Part shown: one piece after another, positions 60,597-64,000 of the stretch
How the letters are laid out: each line of letters starts with the position of its first letter
How positions within the stretch are numbered: position 1 is the first letter of the stretch
The notes under the pieces: model-generated
The model's input: the letters and a program-made list of their open reading frames with translations, nothing else
Databases searched by the model: none
Told to the model about the DNA's origin: nothing
From: a virus
Taxonomy: Duplodnaviria > Caudoviricetes
DNA length: 64,000 nucleotides
IMG/VR virus record: IMGVR_UViG_3300021400_001310
Coordinates: 32,001-96,000 of that record
Strand: one strand, 5' to 3'
Position numbers and translations under genes: made by a program

Positions 60597-60610
60597 ATTA
60601 TTTCCTTTCT

Positions 60611-60955
60611 CTGTGATCTATTACATAATGATAATTATTAATTTTATCTATATAATTTTCTTTTGATGGAGGTGGCGTTGGTGATTTTTAATGGAGACAG
60701 CAGGAGTGATTGTTGTACAACCTTGATATGGATGCCAATTGCCTTCATTGGATTTGTTGGGGGACAACGTAGAAATTGGGGGTCAATCATGATCCTGCAT
60801 TAGCTTCAGCTTGGACTGCAAGTTCGATTAGATGGAAGCTTGGGTTGAGTTACCATCTTGATATGGACTATCCTTGGCTATTTCCTTACCTCTCAAAATG
60901 TAACTTCTGCGAAACGCAAGAAGCAGTTCAGAAATTTGAACTCATTGCATCACAG
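60611..60955 (-). ncRNA. Retron-like ncRNA unit A (immediately upstream of RT)
   Basis: Conserved head; terminal IR CTGTGAT 60611-17 / ATCACAG 60949-55; G at 60948; ends at the RT RBS. Confidence 0.8.
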
Positions 60956-60981
60956 TTTATATTTATTTAAATTAAGATATT

Positions 60982-61006
60982 ATCCCGCCGCTTTTTGCGA
61001 CGGGAT
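60982..61006 (-). terminator. Hairpin between the ThiF gene and ncRNA unit A
   Basis: ATCCCGCCGC..GCGACGGGAT inverted repeat. Confidence 0.55.
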
Positions 61007-61014
61007 GAAATTTT

Positions 61015-61689
61015 TTAGAAACAGTCAAGAACGCCGTGAAATCCGTCCATCTGACAGAATTTCCAGATGCCGTTTCCTTTTACGAAATTCACAAAGTTAT
61101 TAACTCCTAATGCACAAATTAACCTTACGGTTGTGGCGACGCCAAGTGTGATACCACAGGCAGAAACAGGAGTTTCTGCAGAAGCTTCGTCATGTGTAAA
61201 TTGCATTGAGTTAAGCAGATTCTGTTTGCTCTTATAATCTTTCCAATCTGCTGCGTAATGCTGGGCAGAGGTAAGACCTGTTCTGAAATCAAATACTGCT
61301 TTTACGTTCATATTATTAAAATGTTTTTTTACAATTTCCTGACGAGTTTCAATAGAGTCAACGCAAAGGAACAGATAACCTGAAAGCATTTGTCCATTCC
61401 ATCCGTCTGGTTTAAGTTTAATAGTCTGTTTTACATCCGGGTTGATATCATATAGGATATCGAAAAGAGCCTCGACTTTGGGCTTGCCTATATCAGCTTC
61501 TCGGAACATCTGATTCGCAATATTGTGAGAGCATACCGTATCCATATCCCAGAGTACGATATTAGTAAGACCAAATCTCACAAGGTTTTCCGCAAGTGTA
61601 GAACCTACTGAGCCGCACCCGATTATATGTATAGTGCTATTAACCAAGCTTGGCTGAAAAAATTCATAAGACTTGTTTAAATCAATCAT
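61015..61689 (-). CDS. ThiF/E1-like adenylyltransferase
   Basis: IIGCGSVGS, DMDTV..HN..NQ, G.PKV, CVDS..R, SACG. Confidence 0.9.
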   Translation of the reverse strand: MIDLNKSYEFFQPSLVNSTIHIIGCGSVGSTLAENLVRFGLTNIVLWDMDTVCSHNIANQMFREADIGKPKVEALFDILYDINPDVKQTIKLKPDGWNGQMLSGYLFLCVDSIETRQEIVKKHFNNMNVKAVFDFRTGLTSAQHYAADWKDYKSKQNLLNSMQFTHDEASAETPVSACGITLGVATTVRLICALGVNNFVNFVKGNGIWKFCQMDGFHGVLDCF

Positions 61690-62564
61690 TTCTTCGACCC
61701 CTTATCCCAAATTTTGTTATATCTTTCCTTAACTTTTAAAGCAAATCCTTCTTTGGTTTCACCTTTATTATTTGTTTTCTTGTTATTATCAGACTTATTT
61801 GTTTTATCAGAGGTTTGTTTAGCGTGCGGAGATCCATAGTAATAGCCAGAATTGTACCCGTAATCATATGGATAAGACGGATATGACTTAGTTTTGTTTT
61901 CGTTTGCTTTTGATGTATATGTTTTCTCAACAACAAGTGATTTTGCCTCTTTTATAAAATCACCAAACTCTTCATCGATTATATCAACTTCAACATCTGA
62001 TGTCTCATACATAATATTGTTTTTAAGATCGTAAATCTTAGACCAGCACTCAAGTTTCTTGTTCCATATCTGAAAGATATAAAACGAATCAGTCTGAGTT
62101 TTAAGCAGTTCAAGTATCTGAGACTGCTGTGTTGTGTCAACCGATGACGGGCTTGTGCCCATATTTACATGTGAATGTCCCTGCATTCTTATCTTATTAA
62201 ATATTTCATCTTTGTCATCATCCATAAGCCACATCTGGTATTTAGACTGATCGGTATTAACCGTGCTTCCTGTGACTTCTTGCGGATAAACCATAATATC
62301 TGTGATGATAAATTCATTAGGCTTATCGGTGCGTTCGACTACCCCGTGCCAAGCAACCTCTTTATTAAAGTGTTTAAGTATTAAAACCATCTTTGACCAA
62401 GCAATAGTTGTGTACCAAACTTTTGCCTTATCGTCACTTTTAAACACCTTGCTGAAAGTAATTTTACCGTTAGAGTCAATCAGATCTCCGCTCATTAGAG
62501 CCTTATTAAACTCATCAATCAAATTTTTTCTTGTCTTGTCATCAATGATTATCTTATTACTCAT
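61686..62564 (-). CDS. JAB/MPN metallo-isopeptidase
   Basis: EVAW, GHSHVNM.TSPSSVD (HxH-x7-S-x2-D). Confidence 0.8.
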   Translation of the reverse strand: MSNKIIIDDKTRKNLIDEFNKALMSGDLIDSNGKITFSKVFKSDDKAKVWYTTIAWSKMVLILKHFNKEVAWHGVVERTDKPNEFIITDIMVYPQEVTGSTVNTDQSKYQMWLMDDDKDEIFNKIRMQGHSHVNMGTSPSSVDTTQQSQILELLKTQTDSFYIFQIWNKKLECWSKIYDLKNNIMYETSDVEVDIIDEEFGDFIKEAKSLVVEKTYTSKANENKTKSYPSYPYDYGYNSGYYYGSPHAKQTSDKTNKSDNNKKTNNKGETKEGFALKVKERYNKIWDKGSKK

Positions 62565-64000
62565 CTTCAGATACCTCCGCCTTAGATTTTATATATTCAA
62601 TAGCTTCTTTAACAGACATTGCGTCTCCGTTTTCATTAACAATATACTTTTTTGAGTCATTGGAATAGTCTGCAAATAAATCTCTTGCGAACTCTCGAAT
62701 AACAACCGAATCCCCAAAGTTCAAGCTTTGAGTAGATGCTATACAAACATTAAAACATTCCAGATATTTTCCGTCTCTCTTTAAACCAAAGAGTATATCC
62801 TTATAATTTCCTAAACACGCATGATAATTAAGATGAGGGTTAGGCATATGAGTACCAATATAATGCATATATGCTGTATACATATCATTAGAGTGGGTAC
62901 GTGCTTCCAATTTGTTAACTTTAAAGTTAATATACCAATCGGCAATTACATTTATTTTCATAGACTGTTTTATAAACACTTCTGTATATAAAAGTTTCAT
63001 ATCAGAATTAAGGTTTGTATTATAATCAAATCTTTCATATCTATACAGAAGACTATTATAGTTTTGAATCATTTTTTCAGCGAGATCGGTATCGAAATAA
63101 TCGATAAATGTTTTAACATAATAGAATATTGTTGAGTCGGTTACATTATAAACTTCAACTGATTTATTTGAATTTAAGAATTCTATCCAGTCATAATCTT
63201 CAGCCGAATCCTCATTAATTCTTTTTTCAAGTCCGAAAAGTTCATCTTTAAAACGTTCAATATCTTTTAATCTTGAAGATATCTCCTCGTAGTAATAATT
63301 AACATCCCTCTGATAAGCGGTGATATTACTCTGAAGTGAATTTTTTCTTGATGTAAACGCATAATTCCCAACAGTAACTAACATCGTGGATATCGTATTA
63401 GCAATAAATGTATTATTACGAACGAAGTTTGACAGCCATTCGTTGTAAGCGTTTAAATCCTTGGACTGAATTATTTTTATAAACTCGGTCTCTTCTTCAC
63501 TCAATTTATTCTTGTTAAAATACCACGGAAGGATTACAGGAATACAACACTGAAGTTTATGAAAATCTTCAACGTTTTTTAAATCACAAGAAATGTAAAC
63601 TTTTTTGTCTGATGGTCTGATAAAACAATATATTTTAAAATCTTTTTTATAAAAATCAGTAACCTTTTTAAGCAGAATAAAATCAGGATATTTTTTTATG
63701 AATTCCTTACCGATATATTCACAATTTGCGTCATCTGAAATATTGATCTGGATAGAAGTTATGGCATCGCTACTATTAAGGGATAAATATGTAGTCAGAT
63801 ATTTCATATCCGCATCTCTTGCTGGAGAAACCATCTCTGAAGTAGACAACTCATAATCTGTTATCACTATATCAACCTTATCCGTATCAATACGTTCAAA
63901 CAATAAAGCTCTTGCTGCCGATAAAAATGTTTTATCAACTAAATCGCTCTTATTGCCACTATATGCATAACCAAACGCTGAATCTTGATAAATAGAATTA
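62557..64000 (-). CDS. Prokaryotic E2-like protein with coiled coil (5'-truncated by window)
   Basis: C-terminal PNPH....ACLGN motif; frame is open to the window edge; precedes JAB and E1. Confidence 0.55.
   Translation of the reverse strand, partial: NSIYQDSAFGYAYSGNKSDLVDKTFLSAARALLFERIDTDKVDIVITDYELSTSEMVSPARDADMKYLTTYLSLNSSDAITSIQINISDDANCEYIGKEFIKKYPDFILLKKVTDFYKKDFKIYCFIRPSDKKVYISCDLKNVEDFHKLQCCIPVILPWYFNKNKLSEEETEFIKIIQSKDLNAYNEWLSNFVRNNTFIANTISTMLVTVGNYAFTSRKNSLQSNITAYQRDVNYYYEEISSRLKDIERFKDELFGLEKRINEDSAEDYDWIEFLNSNKSVEVYNVTDSTIFYYVKTFIDYFDTDLAEKMIQNYNSLLYRYERFDYNTNLNSDMKLLYTEVFIKQSMKINVIADWYINFKVNKLEARTHSNDMYTAYMHYIGTHMPNPHLNYHACLGNYKDILFGLKRDGKYLECFNVCIASTQSLNFGDSVVIREFARDLFADYSNDSKKYIVNENGDAMSVKEAIEYIKSKAEVSEDE

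Noticed and set aside
58855-60955. Repeated head motif as a CRISPR array
   Set aside because: Spacing of hundreds of bases, interrupted by the RT gene, no cas genes; the Cas4-like nuclease sits in the replication module
45482-61103. + strand ORFs over the ncRNA units (45482-45736, 59197-59421, 60776-60970, 60858-61103)
   Set aside because: Antisense to the whole arm with no convincing RBS; shared peptide merely reflects the repeat. A cDNA-encoded peptide cannot be excluded but is unsupported
1-64000. Alternative genetic code (stop-codon reassignment)
   Set aside because: Long genes are intact under code 11 and no suppressor tRNA was found

Overview
This is a 64 kb slice of a large, AT-rich temperate siphovirus of Firmicutes (Clostridia-like host, SPbeta-like layout), apparently in its excised form. 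Bases 1-16.6 kb (+) carry the tail genes (tape measure end, Dit, Tal, DUF859-like protein, fibre module) and the lysis genes. An intact attP follows, with a core matching the 3' half of tRNA-Trp, ten TTCTAAC arm repeats, a tyrosine integrase and an excisionase. Everything from 17.1 kb to 64 kb is on the minus strand: nucleotide metabolism (NrdD-glutaredoxin fusion, FTR-like protein, Gmk, ThyX), replication/recombination (DnaE, primase, DnaB, Cas4-like nuclease, SSB, ERF), an SOS-boxed regulatory block (MazF-like, recombinase-fold repressor-like), IscS, RNA ligase, a tRNA/tRNA-like cluster, an NAD+ block (NadE, Nampt-like, Prs-like, PncA), an HslV-like peptidase and an E2-JAB-E1 ubiquitin-like operon. 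The standout is a retron-like reverse transcriptase (59445-60596) accompanied by FOUR ~245-345 nt non-coding units (60611-60955, 59105-59401, 58855-59099 and a remote copy at 45478-45785). The units share a conserved two-hairpin head. Each is closed by its own co-varying terminal inverted repeat with an unpaired G, and each carries a different internal cargo. This suggests one RT serving an array of distinct msDNA-like templates. All assignments come from motif reading by eye; no searches were run.
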